This document shows positions 19,449 to 29,832 of a DNA stretch of 64,000 nt, piece by piece; within the stretch, counting starts at the first letter, position 1; each line of letters starts with the position of its first letter. The translations under genes and the position numbers were made by a program. This stretch comes from a virus (taxonomy: Duplodnaviria; Caudoviricetes). Under the pieces are notes generated by a model. That model saw nothing but the letters and a program-made list of their open reading frames with translations, made no database searches and was not told where the DNA came from. The stretch covers positions 23,422-87,421 of IMG/VR virus record IMGVR_UViG_3300031669_000010; one strand, given 5' to 3'.

Positions 19449-19641
19449 ACAAATAACAGGTCAGGTCGGATCTATTATTGATGAACTTGCTTCAGCTGGT
19501 AAAAAAGCGATTAGATCGTTCTTTAATTTGATGGTTGAAAGAACGGCTGATACAGCAGGTGATCTAGCTGACAAAGGTGTTGATAAACTGAAACAGACTA
19601 TTGACAAAAAGGTGTCAAATGACAAGATCAAGAAGCATTAG
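19420..19641 (+). CDS. Hypothetical small protein
   Basis: GGAG RBS, operon context. Confidence 0.65.
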   Translation: MEENQKITNEQITGQVGSIIDELASAGKKAIRSFFNLMVERTADTAGDLADKGVDKLKQTIDKKVSNDKIKKH

Positions 19642-19852
19642 TATTGAACAACCATCATTATTGGAGCAAGAAATAGTCCGAATAGTTGATAAAGCTATGA
19701 AAGACTCAAAGGTTCAATTAACAGCAGAAGATATAAGAATAATAGCGCAAGATATTATGCCCGATTTGGACAGAATAATTGCAGATAAGGTTAGTCTACA
19801 TTTTCTTGCTATCGGACAATTTCTAATTGAAAAATTCAGTATGGGAGATTAA
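19619..19852 (+). CDS. Hypothetical small helical protein upstream of RNAP beta'
   Basis: AAGGTG RBS, operon context. Confidence 0.6.
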   Translation: MTRSRSISIEQPSLLEQEIVRIVDKAMKDSKVQLTAEDIRIIAQDIMPDLDRIIADKVSLHFLAIGQFLIEKFSMGD

Positions 19853-19854
19853 GA

Positions 19855-22566
19855 ATGCCTAAAATACTAAATTATGCAGATTTCTGTGAAAACTTAGACG
19901 AAGTGACGTCTCTAAAAACATTTGGTAAGAAAAAGTTTCACCCAGCAGGATTATTCTCTGAGCAAATATTTGGCCCAGTGAGAAATTATACATGTCAGTG
20001 TGGAATTTATCATGGGGTATCAAAGTCCGGTGGTAAATGTGCTGAATGCGGAGTCGCGGTTATCAACAGCGATTCGAGAAGAAAAACATTTGCAAAAATT
20101 GTAATTCCAATCCAAGTTGTGAATCCTCTATTCTACGACTTGCTGGTAGATCTAGCCGGAAGGGGTTTTAAGAAAGCACTTGACGATCTCATGAGGAATG
20201 ACAAAAGTGTTCTATACATAGATAGTGACGAATTTGTTACCACGGATGAAGGTAGTGTTCCACAAGGGGTCCAAAAATGGGAACGAGCTGAAGCGATCAA
20301 AGTTCTTGTTGAAGGATATGCAAATGATATGGTCGAATACGGGGCGCCTGAATGGCAACTCGTATTAGATAACATTAGCAATCTTCTTATAGATACAATT
20401 ATTGTATTGCCCCCTGATCTAAGACCTACATCAAAGAGTTCAGGGGAAACAAAACAATTGATGGACAAAATCAATCGTTACTATGTCCAAATACTCACTA
20501 AGAAGGAGATAATGAGAGAAACAGTTGTAGATGTTCAAAGAGATAAAGCTCTCTATTATACCTACTTCAAACAATTACAAAAAGACGTAAGTGAGTTATA
20601 CACACGAATACTGGAAAAGATGGCAAAAAAAGAGGGGTTGATTAGAGGGAATATTCTCGGTAAGAGAATTGACTTTTCAGGTCGCGCAGTCATCATACCA
20701 GATCCAACGCTTTCATTAACTGAATGTAAGCTTCCATATTTAATGGTACTTGAAATATTCAAACTACCGATCGCCAAACGAATCATTCAACTTGGAAAAT
20801 TCAAGTTACTCAATAAGGCAATTGATTATGTTAATAAGTGTATTGAAGACAGATCTCCAGTTTTATTGAGAGTTTGTGAAGAGGTAACAAACGATCAGTA
20901 TTGTATACTGAACAGACAACCATCTCTTCATAAACTGGGTATGCTTGGTTTTAAGATACTGATTACATTAGATCAAGTAATCAAAATACATCCACTTGCA
21001 TGTCCTCCATTCAATGCAGATTTTGATGGGGATCAAATGGCGGTATATATACCAATTTCAAATGAGGCCAAAGAGGAGATCATCGCTAAGATATTGATAT
21101 CCAAAAATCTTAGTAGTCCTGCAAATGAAAGTCTGACAACAACACCAAGTCAAGATATAATTCTTGGAATTTACTATTTAACATCAATGGAATTCTCAGA
21201 CAGGACAGTTAAATACAAAGGGAAGACAATCCCAATTGGTCAGGCTGAGTTCAATCGACAACTTCCAGAGAATTATCCTTTGGTTGAAGGAACAATTTCA
21301 GAGAAAGAACTCCTATTTGTGCTGAATAATATTAAGAATAGATACACAGAAGATGAAACAGTTGAAGTTCTTGATAATATAAAAAAGACTGGATTCAAAT
21401 TTGCAACTTTGTACGGATCAACTCTGTCACTGAAAGATTTTCCAATTGAGGGAGCGGAAGCGATAAGGGATGATATTTACTCACGTACCGAGTTACGAGA
21501 TCAACTTATTGCATTTTCAGATCCAAGTCTTATTTCAGAGTTGAAAGAAAAATTCAAATACTCATATATGATTGAGTCTGGCGCAAGAGGTAGCTGGGAT
21601 CAGGTAAAACAACTTATTCTATCGAGAGGATTCATTTCAAATTTCGATGGAGAGATTTTACCTCATCCAATTAAAAACTCTTTGGTTGATGGTTTGACAC
21701 AAAAAGAGTTTTTCTATTCAACATATGGTTGCCGAAAGGGACTTCTTGATGTTGCATTGAATACAGGAACGTCTGGGTATCTATCAAGAAAGTTAATTTT
21801 CACATGCGCCAATTTACAAATTGACGAAGATGTTGATGACTGTGGTACAGAAGATTTATTAGAGGTTGATGTTAAAACAAAACGAAAGGCCAGAATGTTA
21901 CTTAACAGATGGACTCTCAATGAAGAAGACAACACCCTTTATAAAATTACACATGAAAACTATAAGGACATCATTGGTAAGATGATTTATATACGAAGCC
22001 CAATTTTATGTAAAGATCCAAAAATCTGTAAAAAGTGCTACGGTGATTTATATAAAAATTTAAATAGCCGCTTCATTGGTATTCTCGCAGCTCAAACATT
22101 GGGTGAGCGTGGAACCCAATTGGTTTTAAGAACTTTCCATACTTCAGGATCAGCAGTTATTAAGGGGCAGAATAGCGAAGATAATGCTAGTTCATCCATG
22201 AAACAGAGAGATATTATTGGAGATCTTGCATCCGTTGCTGAACTTTTGCACAAATTTAAAGGCAAGACATATACAATGATAGTCGATGAATTATTTGATG
22301 TGTATGATAAAGAAATCCATCATGTTCATTTTGAATGTGTTGTCGCTCAATTGATGTGGAAGGACCATATGAAATGGCGTCTATTAGAAGATCGTGAAAA
22401 GATAGAACCGAATTATTATAGTATTCAATCTGTACCGAATCAAGAGAGTTGGATACTGGCAATGGCATTCTCTAATCCAAAGAGATCAATATTACAAGGT
22501 ATTCTGTATGAAGGTAGATATTCGGGCGTCATGGATAAAATCCTTAAAGGAGAAAAAATCACATGA
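19855..22566 (+). CDS. rpoC: Phage multisubunit RNA polymerase beta'-like subunit
   Basis: GLFSEQIFGP, CQCG..CAECG zinc site, GKRIDFSGRAVI, LNRQPSLH, NADFDGDQMAV catalytic loop, TSGYLSRKL, GTQLVLRTFH. Confidence 0.96.
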   Translation: MPKILNYADFCENLDEVTSLKTFGKKKFHPAGLFSEQIFGPVRNYTCQCGIYHGVSKSGGKCAECGVAVINSDSRRKTFAKIVIPIQVVNPLFYDLLVDLAGRGFKKALDDLMRNDKSVLYIDSDEFVTTDEGSVPQGVQKWERAEAIKVLVEGYANDMVEYGAPEWQLVLDNISNLLIDTIIVLPPDLRPTSKSSGETKQLMDKINRYYVQILTKKEIMRETVVDVQRDKALYYTYFKQLQKDVSELYTRILEKMAKKEGLIRGNILGKRIDFSGRAVIIPDPTLSLTECKLPYLMVLEIFKLPIAKRIIQLGKFKLLNKAIDYVNKCIEDRSPVLLRVCEEVTNDQYCILNRQPSLHKLGMLGFKILITLDQVIKIHPLACPPFNADFDGDQMAVYIPISNEAKEEIIAKILISKNLSSPANESLTTTPSQDIILGIYYLTSMEFSDRTVKYKGKTIPIGQAEFNRQLPENYPLVEGTISEKELLFVLNNIKNRYTEDETVEVLDNIKKTGFKFATLYGSTLSLKDFPIEGAEAIRDDIYSRTELRDQLIAFSDPSLISELKEKFKYSYMIESGARGSWDQVKQLILSRGFISNFDGEILPHPIKNSLVDGLTQKEFFYSTYGCRKGLLDVALNTGTSGYLSRKLIFTCANLQIDEDVDDCGTEDLLEVDVKTKRKARMLLNRWTLNEEDNTLYKITHENYKDIIGKMIYIRSPILCKDPKICKKCYGDLYKNLNSRFIGILAAQTLGERGTQLVLRTFHTSGSAVIKGQNSEDNASSSMKQRDIIGDLASVAELLHKFKGKTYTMIVDELFDVYDKEIHHVHFECVVAQLMWKDHMKWRLLEDREKIEPNYYSIQSVPNQESWILAMAFSNPKRSILQGILYEGRYSGVMDKILKGEKIT

Positions 22567-22748
22567 GAGACCCAGCCCGAATTGAACGAATACTGGGTTT
22601 AATCAGGAAGGTCTGGTATGATGCTCCAGACCTTCGCCTGACCCAACTTATTATGAATGAACTGAGAATGCATAGCGATCCTTATTATATTGAGGATGAC
22701 GTTCTCGAAAAAGCATTGAAAGCATACTGCAAAGATAGGAGGATTTAA
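22563..22748 (+). CDS. Small conserved phage protein
   Basis: MRDPARIERILGLIRKVW...PDLRLTQL signature; inserted between the RNAP genes. Confidence 0.7.
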   Translation: MRDPARIERILGLIRKVWYDAPDLRLTQLIMNELRMHSDPYYIEDDVLEKALKAYCKDRRI

Positions 22749-22751
22749 AAC

Positions 22752-25700
22752 TTGAAAATAATTAATCCAATAGCTGCAATACAAGACGAAGATAATAACA
22801 TCTTCACAATCAGACAAAGAGACTATGACAATATTTTACCTATCGTGCAAGAAATAGTTAAACCTGTTGAGGAAATTGGTTTCACAATCAATGATATTAG
22901 TTTGAAAGATTCACGTTTTTCATCGGGAGAGCTTGCCAAGACTCTTAAACAAACATTGGCTATAAAATTACAAAAAGGAACTTCTGAAATTGATCTTAGT
23001 ATTTTCATTCCCAAGCTTGTTGATGGAAACTATATTTATATCAACGGACGAAGAAAAATTCCTTTACTACAGCTTTTTGACATTCCGATTGTAACAAGAG
23101 GAGAAAGCATAAAGCTTCGCACAAATGTAGCAACCATAATGGTATTTTCAGATAAAGAAGCCCCATTCATTCGGATTAGCTTCTTGGGTAAAAAGATACC
23201 ACTTTCTTTGATACTGCTTGCGTATCATGGAATAGAACTTTGTAAAATCAAATATGATTTAGATGGTGATATTGACGAAGAGAGCGAAAACCTTTTTGAA
23301 ATACTCAGATATGATTTGAGAAGTTATATTGAAGAATCAGTTGGATATGCTCCTGATGATTTTTTATTAGAACTCGGAAGGATGTATTCAAGATATAATG
23401 CAAAATCAAAGGGGGAAGATGTACTATATGCACTTGATTTAATTCCAAAAGTTGATATAATCACAGCACGATTTATGACTTACCCAACAATCTTGGAAGA
23501 GATTTGTGAAATATTAAAGACAGGTGAAGTCGATGATATGGAGTACACAAACAAACGGGTGAGATGTTTTGAGTATATGGTAATTGCAAGAATTTCAAAG
23601 ATCATATTCGATTTGTGTTTTTCAAATCGAACTGCAAGACAACCGAAGTTCAATATCAACTCAACACAAATCTTATCAGATTGTAATGTTTCAGATATTG
23701 TTCAATTTGATTTCTCAATCAACCCAATTGAGGAATTGACAAAACTATCAAGAATAAGTCTTCTTGGTCCCGGCGGATTTAAAAGGGAAAACATTCCCAA
23801 GCATTTGAGAGATATTTGCCCAAGTATGTTTGGCCGTCTATGTCCTGTTGATACTCCAGATAGAGATAACTGTGGGGTTCTTCAAAATGTTGTCCCGAAT
23901 GTACATCTTGATCAAAATTTGAAATTTGAAGCAGAGGTTCAGGATAAATTTCCTCTCTCAATTCCTGTTTCAATGACTCCATTCTTAAAGCATGACGACC
24001 AAACAAGATTACAAATGGCTGCATCCCAAATGAGGCAGGCGATCATGCTGAGAGAATTTGATGTTCCTCTTATCAGTTCAGGGTCAGAAGGACTATATAC
24101 ACCACACACTCAATTTGTCAAGATGGCTAAAAAACCTGGAGAGGTTGTTCATATTGACAAAGAGTATATTATAGTGGTATATGATGATAAAGATGCTGAC
24201 ATATTTGATATTCGTTATAGAAAAATTTATGTTGAACACATGGATTTCATGAATATCTATGTTAAACCAGGAGACCGGTTTAGTGCAGGAGACATTTTAG
24301 CAGAAAGTAATTTCTGTAAAAATGGAAAAATTAACATTGGCAAAAATCTTCTGACTGGTGTTATGGTTTATTATGGTAACAACTATGAGGATGGAATCGT
24401 TATTTCAGATAGACTTGTCAATGAGGACACCCTAACGTCAGTACACTATAAGGATTTATCATTCACAGTAACCCCAGATAAAGTTCTTCTATCATTAAAG
24501 GATGGTGAATATAAACCACTACCAGATGAACTTGAAACAATTGAAAAGGGTGATACATATGCCATTTTGCAAAAGCTTAACTCTGACGAACAATATTCGG
24601 TATTTGCCGAGAAGGTACTGTTAGAAACCCGGAAAAAGTATATCGTTTCCGAAGTTAATTTATATGGTAACTCTTGGAACGAAGAGGTGCCTGAATATAA
24701 AGAGTGGCTTGAATCCAAACTCTCGAAGCAACAAGACAAAGAGAAGTATCTTCAAAAAGTCCTGAAAGATGTTATGTCGAAAGACGAAGCAATGAAACTT
24801 ATCAGGGAAAAGAGTCTTGACAAATTCTCATTCACCGGTAAGTATAAAGAGAAGCGTGAGAGAATTAACGGATTATATGTTGAAATGTATGGAGTTCATT
24901 TCAGGAGAGTTCAGGTTGGTGATAAATTAGCTAATAGGCATGGCAATAAAGGAGTCATATCTAGAATTGTTCCTCATGATAAAATGCCACAGCTACCTGA
25001 TGGACGCCACATGGATATTTGCATCAATCCACTTGGTATCATATCGAGAATGAATATTGGTCAATTATATGAAATGCATTTGGCCATGGCGGTTGATGCA
25101 TTGAAGCAAAACATATTAAAGATGTTAGATAAAGATGTTGAGCAGAGCGAGATAAAAGAATACCTGCTGGGGTTCATAAAGATTGTTGATCGGACAGAGG
25201 ACAATTGGTATTATACACAATTCTCCGAACAGATGCCGGAACAACTATCATTGGACTTCATCAAAAATCTTACAATCATCCAAGCTCCATTTCAATCTTG
25301 CAAATTACAGCAGGTTGATGAAGCAATGCAATATGTTGGAAGCGATTTTAAATTTCCAATATATGATCCATTGTCAAAAGTTAAATTGGCAAATCCTGTT
25401 GCAGCTGGTTTCATTTACTTCTTCAGGATGGTTCATATTGCAGAGGAAAAACTTGCTGCAAGAGGGATTGGTGCATATGCAAGACGAACCCTCCAACCAT
25501 TAGGTGGTCGAAAGAATAAGGGTGGTCAGAGATGTGGTGAAATGGAAACTGCGTGTTTGATTGGGCATGATGCTCCAATTAATCTACATGAGTTTCTTAC
25601 AACCAAGTCCGATTGTATTGATTTGAAAAATAATTACATTCGCAATTTCATCGATCCAAATTTAACAGATGAAAGCAAAGAATTAGATACAACACCCGAG

Positions 25701-25754
25701 TCAGTTAAACTGCTTAATTCATATCTAATAGTGATAGGAGTTGATCAAAGATGA
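22752..25754 (+). CDS. rpoB: Phage multisubunit RNA polymerase beta-like subunit
   Basis: GRLCPVDTPD..NCG, HDDQTRLQMAASQMRQA, NYEDG, GDKLANRHGNKG, GGQRCGEME; TTG start. Confidence 0.95.
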   Translation: MKIINPIAAIQDEDNNIFTIRQRDYDNILPIVQEIVKPVEEIGFTINDISLKDSRFSSGELAKTLKQTLAIKLQKGTSEIDLSIFIPKLVDGNYIYINGRRKIPLLQLFDIPIVTRGESIKLRTNVATIMVFSDKEAPFIRISFLGKKIPLSLILLAYHGIELCKIKYDLDGDIDEESENLFEILRYDLRSYIEESVGYAPDDFLLELGRMYSRYNAKSKGEDVLYALDLIPKVDIITARFMTYPTILEEICEILKTGEVDDMEYTNKRVRCFEYMVIARISKIIFDLCFSNRTARQPKFNINSTQILSDCNVSDIVQFDFSINPIEELTKLSRISLLGPGGFKRENIPKHLRDICPSMFGRLCPVDTPDRDNCGVLQNVVPNVHLDQNLKFEAEVQDKFPLSIPVSMTPFLKHDDQTRLQMAASQMRQAIMLREFDVPLISSGSEGLYTPHTQFVKMAKKPGEVVHIDKEYIIVVYDDKDADIFDIRYRKIYVEHMDFMNIYVKPGDRFSAGDILAESNFCKNGKINIGKNLLTGVMVYYGNNYEDGIVISDRLVNEDTLTSVHYKDLSFTVTPDKVLLSLKDGEYKPLPDELETIEKGDTYAILQKLNSDEQYSVFAEKVLLETRKKYIVSEVNLYGNSWNEEVPEYKEWLESKLSKQQDKEKYLQKVLKDVMSKDEAMKLIREKSLDKFSFTGKYKEKRERINGLYVEMYGVHFRRVQVGDKLANRHGNKGVISRIVPHDKMPQLPDGRHMDICINPLGIISRMNIGQLYEMHLAMAVDALKQNILKMLDKDVEQSEIKEYLLGFIKIVDRTEDNWYYTQFSEQMPEQLSLDFIKNLTIIQAPFQSCKLQQVDEAMQYVGSDFKFPIYDPLSKVKLANPVAAGFIYFFRMVHIAEEKLAARGIGAYARRTLQPLGGRKNKGGQRCGEMETACLIGHDAPINLHEFLTTKSDCIDLKNNYIRNFIDPNLTDESKELDTTPESVKLLNSYLIVIGVDQR

Positions 25755-25945
25755 ATGAAGAGGATTATATGATGGGTTCATGGACTTATACTAATTACAC
25801 CTCTTCCACTGACAGTACTTCTGGTTATTGGATGAAACCCCAAAAAGTTTCTCTTAGAGATGTTATCGAAGAGGTCAGTAAGGAGCAGGAAGAAGATATA
25901 GAAAAACACTTACCCATATTCGACCCAAAGGATTTAGACATATGA
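25751..25945 (+). CDS. Acidic 64-aa protein ending FDPKDLDI
   Basis: GGAG RBS, ATGA overlap. Confidence 0.6.
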   Translation: MNEEDYMMGSWTYTNYTSSTDSTSGYWMKPQKVSLRDVIEEVSKEQEEDIEKHLPIFDPKDLDI

Positions 25946-26136
25946 GTAGAGCAGACAGTGGACCGGAGGTCATAGTTACACATCCCGATCCCGATGATCT
26001 ATGGGATATTGATGTTGATTTTGGTGAAGAAGGGCACACCCATGAAGATGAGTATTATAATAGTGAAGTAAAAGCTGCCTATAAAGAAAAGTCAGTAAAA
26101 CAACAACTCTTCGACATCAAGGATCTGGACTTATGA
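25942..26136 (+). CDS. Acidic 64-aa protein ending FDIKDLDL
   Basis: ATGA overlap; shares the C-terminal motif with the upstream ORF. Confidence 0.6.
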   Translation: MSRADSGPEVIVTHPDPDDLWDIDVDFGEEGHTHEDEYYNSEVKAAYKEKSVKQQLFDIKDLDL

Positions 26137-26408
26137 AAAAAATGTATTGTTCAGAATGTGGTGGCGAAATTATCGTCACCCGAGAAGTTCCGTCCCACTC
26201 CTTTGAAATTAACATTGATTCATTGAAGTGTATTGACAATTTTGGTTTCTTGGGAGGGGATCCGGAACTTATATTTCATTGTAGTAATGATAGAGAGCAC
26301 AACATTGAACCAAAACCAGATTATGGTAACGTCTCACCCATTGACTTTGAAAAATGGAAGGATGAAGTTGAGGAATTTATCAGTGTTAATGTGCTACCAA
26401 ATTTATAG
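26133..26408 (+). CDS. Small zinc-ribbon protein
   Basis: YCSECGG...CSNDREH. Confidence 0.6.
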   Translation: MKKMYCSECGGEIIVTREVPSHSFEINIDSLKCIDNFGFLGGDPELIFHCSNDREHNIEPKPDYGNVSPIDFEKWKDEVEEFISVNVLPNL

Positions 26409-26419
26409 GAGGAAAGTTT

Positions 26420-27325
26420 ATGACAAAAGATTGCTTACCAGACGTTCAATGTACACCACCAAACATTAATATCCCAATTATGCAAGTAGGGGTTGAGAAT
26501 GTTGAAGTACCATTTAAACTTGAGACAAGGGGACATACAGGATTTCATCAAATGATTGCAAATGTTGCTATCAGAACAAGCCTTGACTCTGACACAAAAG
26601 GTATTTCGATGTCTCGACTCTTACTTACATTGAAACCATATTTGGATCTACCTTTAAAGAGTACGTTAATTAAAGAGATCCTTGAAAAGATTATTAAAAA
26701 TGTTGGCCCGAGTGAGACTTTCGGAAATAGTGCTGCATATATAACATTCGATTTCAGAATGCCAATTACCAGGCAATCAGTTGTATCCGATAATCAATTT
26801 CCAATTTATTACAAATGCAGATTTGAAGGGCAGATCTATGATATTCAAATGACTAAACCCGATGGCAAGAAAGAAAGGCAGTGGCATTTCAGATTCTTTC
26901 AAGGTGCAAAAATTCAATATGCATCTTATTGCCCATGCTCTGCTGAATTGTGTAGTGTTCTCGACAGTCGGGGATTCCCACATAATCAAAGATCGTTTGC
27001 TGATGTAATGGTTGAGGTTGACGCATATAGCAGTAAGTATGTTTGGTTGGAAGACATTATCGAGTCTGTTGAAAATGTTATTCCTACCCTACCATATCCG
27101 ATCATCAAAAGGGTTGATGAACAGGAGATTGCCAGAATTGCTGGAGAGAATCCAATGTTTGTTGAAGATGCAATTAGATCAATATCTAATTCTTTGATGA
27201 ATCTAGATGGAATTGTTGATTGGATAGTTAAGTGTAGACATGAAGAATCAATACATACATCTGAAGCAATTGCAGTCAATTGGAAGGGAGTTCACGGAGG
27301 GTTTGACGAAAGGCGATATTTATGA
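26420..27325 (+). CDS. folE2: GTP cyclohydrolase I type B (FolE2)
   Basis: LPDVQ, QVGVENV, KGISMSRL, SYCPCS, PHNQRS, NPMFVEDAIR, HEESIH. Confidence 0.93.
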   Translation: MTKDCLPDVQCTPPNINIPIMQVGVENVEVPFKLETRGHTGFHQMIANVAIRTSLDSDTKGISMSRLLLTLKPYLDLPLKSTLIKEILEKIIKNVGPSETFGNSAAYITFDFRMPITRQSVVSDNQFPIYYKCRFEGQIYDIQMTKPDGKKERQWHFRFFQGAKIQYASYCPCSAELCSVLDSRGFPHNQRSFADVMVEVDAYSSKYVWLEDIIESVENVIPTLPYPIIKRVDEQEIARIAGENPMFVEDAIRSISNSLMNLDGIVDWIVKCRHEESIHTSEAIAVNWKGVHGGFDERRYL

Positions 27326-28044
27326 TTGAAGTTGCAATTTCATATGGATTCGGTGCAGACAATAGATATAATCTTGAAGAGATTCCACCGAAAATACAAC
27401 TAGCAAGTTATAAGTTTGATCCATTGATAGAGAATCAAGATAAAATTATTGACACATTAGAAAAAGCAGGAACTAACTTGTTGGTTGTTCACCTACCTCT
27501 TGATGTACTTCACCAAGACAAAGATGAAATACTTGATGTAATATTTACATTCAATCAGACATTTGCCTGCAATCATTTTGTAATACACCCTAACAAGGGA
27601 ATTGAGGATTTTCTTGATTACTATTTGGAAAATAAATTGATGAAGCTTCCAGTCAAATATGACTATAGCTTATGTATCGAGACTTTTCAATGGAGAAAGA
27701 AAAAGAAAATACGAAGTCCTCTGGATATTATGGAGTATTGTATTAAGAATCCAGAATTTAGCATGTGTATTGATACTAGTCATATTGAATCTATATGGTT
27801 CGATCATAAAATCATGCGCACTCTTTTGAAATACACAAGCGTTATTCATCTTTCAAATCGTGCAAAGGGGCACGGTTCTCATATGCCATTCAATTCACCA
27901 CATGGAGATTTAAATCTTGTTGGATTTATTAAAGATTTGAAACATATATATAAGTGGAATGGTATTATTGTTCTTGAATACATGCCAGAACATCAAGATA
28001 AATTACTTAAAAATTACTATTACGCAAAGAGGTTATTGGAATAA
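27322..28044 (+). CDS. Xylose-isomerase/AP-endonuclease-2-like TIM barrel protein
   Basis: VHLP, VIHP, IET, CIDTSH, IHLS, HMP, VLEY metal-ligand pattern. Confidence 0.75.
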   Translation: MIEVAISYGFGADNRYNLEEIPPKIQLASYKFDPLIENQDKIIDTLEKAGTNLLVVHLPLDVLHQDKDEILDVIFTFNQTFACNHFVIHPNKGIEDFLDYYLENKLMKLPVKYDYSLCIETFQWRKKKKIRSPLDIMEYCIKNPEFSMCIDTSHIESIWFDHKIMRTLLKYTSVIHLSNRAKGHGSHMPFNSPHGDLNLVGFIKDLKHIYKWNGIIVLEYMPEHQDKLLKNYYYAKRLLE

Positions 28045-28664
28045 TGGAACCTTGGGAACATGAAGCATTTAATGATCACTATAATGGACAATGTTATCGC
28101 AATGGGAAATTTTACCAATCAAATCACCCAACTCGATATGAAACAGTTCCTGACTCACAAAGATTGGCATCAAGAAAAGGCGATATTATTAAATTCGGTT
28201 CTGGTTATTATAAAACTAAATTAGGAGATTGGAGAGATTGGTTTCCTGAGAAGAAAGACATGTATAAATTTTGGAGAAGAAACAGAACAATTCCAAATTA
28301 TGCTATGGACGAATATGCTTTTATTGCCAATCGTTATAGATGGATCAAATATAAGTGGAAAGATTATAAAGATTATGGTGCTATCGCAATGATGGCAACG
28401 GGTCCCAAACCTTGCCGAATAAGAAAGTATTATACCACTCGACCATTTCATATAGTATCTGCATTTCCACACAAGAAATTTAGAAGTGGGAATATATATG
28501 TGAAAATGAAAAAACCATTTTCCATTCGTAGTTGTGTATGGTTTTTATTTGATTTCAATCTATCAGAGTTTATTGAAGGACTGTTAAACAAATACGGAGA
28601 TGGAGAAAACTCCAGAGATATGTTTCTCAAGAAAATAAAACAAGTTTGGGAGACCAATTTATGA
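28044..28664 (+). CDS. Hypothetical basic, aromatic-rich protein
   Basis: TAATG overlap, operon context. Confidence 0.6.
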   Translation: MEPWEHEAFNDHYNGQCYRNGKFYQSNHPTRYETVPDSQRLASRKGDIIKFGSGYYKTKLGDWRDWFPEKKDMYKFWRRNRTIPNYAMDEYAFIANRYRWIKYKWKDYKDYGAIAMMATGPKPCRIRKYYTTRPFHIVSAFPHKKFRSGNIYVKMKKPFSIRSCVWFLFDFNLSEFIEGLLNKYGDGENSRDMFLKKIKQVWETNL

Positions 28665-29056
28665 GCAATTCAAAAGAAGTTGACATTATGAAACTCTACT
28701 TCAAAGAACGTGACTATGAAGTCAATGTATTTGGAGAGTATTCAGATGACAAATCGCTAAGCTTTCCCAGTTTTCTACTATTTTTAAAAACGTATGTTGA
28801 TAAAGCTATTGCAGCATACACAGGAAAATGGGAAAGAGAATTACCTCCATGGTTAATATCGTGCAAAGAGCATGAGAATCATGGAGTAGCACCAATAAAG
28901 GCATACGAAGAAGTTATTAAAATTCTGGCCCTTTCAGGAGCCGCGCTTGAAACATATACAAAAATTAATGCCGATAAGTGGAGAGAGAATTCCGAAGAGG
29001 ATTCTAAAAAATGGAAAGATCCAGAAGACTATGTACAAAACTGGATAGATCGCTAA
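28661..29056 (+). CDS. Possible MazG-like all-helical NTP pyrophosphatase
   Basis: AYEEVIKILALSGAALE resembles the MazG-like helical signature; weak match. Confidence 0.4.
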   Translation: MSNSKEVDIMKLYFKERDYEVNVFGEYSDDKSLSFPSFLLFLKTYVDKAIAAYTGKWERELPPWLISCKEHENHGVAPIKAYEEVIKILALSGAALETYTKINADKWRENSEEDSKKWKDPEDYVQNWIDR

Positions 29057-29077
29057 TTTAAAGGAGAAGTAACTAAC

Positions 29078-29830
29078 ATGAATGAAAATTTATCCCAAAT
29101 GGTAAGAGAAGGGCAAGGAGAAGAGGCAGTCGTATTTTCAGAGGATCAACTTGACCTTCCGGTACAGGAAGAGACCCCGGCAGCAGAAACCGGTGTGGTA
29201 GAAGCACAAACAAATGTGATTGCTATTACATCTTTATCGAATTGGTTTGAAGCGAACTGCTCATCCTTCGATAACATCAATCAGGTGAAAGTGGCGATTC
29301 GTGGTGTCAATGGAGAACAGACACTTATCATGGCAGTGAAGGATGCTGACGGCGAGCAAGATACCGAAGGTAATGCCAAGAGAAGTCTTCGCGTATTTGA
29401 AAACGCCGATGTGCATCCAGTACTGAACATTCCCGGAGCTTCAATGGAAGTTTATAACAACGGTTTTCAGATTGTTTATGGAATCGAGAATAATATTTTC
29501 ATCAAATGTTACGGAGTGCGAACAGGCCTCATAGCTGTTTTCTGTAACAACATTGATGGAAAACTGATCCCATATGCAACAACCCGCATCAAGAAAAAAG
29601 ACACCGAGCTGGAGATTGAAACAAGTGATCCAGCAGCGGTATCGGCAAAACTATTGGCCGGTGCAGATCTAGAAGCCTTACAGCTTCTTTATAAGCAAAG
29701 TGCCAAAGCAATTGAGGAACTAACATCCAATCAGGATGTTGTGAATTGGTTGCTTGACAGACAAGCTGAGGTCACGGACATTAACCATCATCTTCAAATT
29801 GATGGTGTTCTTATTGACATCTTAGCGTAA
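29078..29830 (+). CDS. Hypothetical protein with acidic N-terminus
   Basis: AAAGGAG RBS, 250 aa. Confidence 0.75.
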   Translation: MNENLSQMVREGQGEEAVVFSEDQLDLPVQEETPAAETGVVEAQTNVIAITSLSNWFEANCSSFDNINQVKVAIRGVNGEQTLIMAVKDADGEQDTEGNAKRSLRVFENADVHPVLNIPGASMEVYNNGFQIVYGIENNIFIKCYGVRTGLIAVFCNNIDGKLIPYATTRIKKKDTELEIETSDPAAVSAKLLAGADLEALQLLYKQSAKAIEELTSNQDVVNWLLDRQAEVTDINHHLQIDGVLIDILA

Positions 29831-29832
29831 GG

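Noticed and set aside
27322-28044. TIM-barrel gene next to folE2 as DpdA/TGT
   Set aside because: Its motifs fit the xylose-isomerase/AP-endonuclease-2 family; no TGT catalytic or zinc motifs were seen
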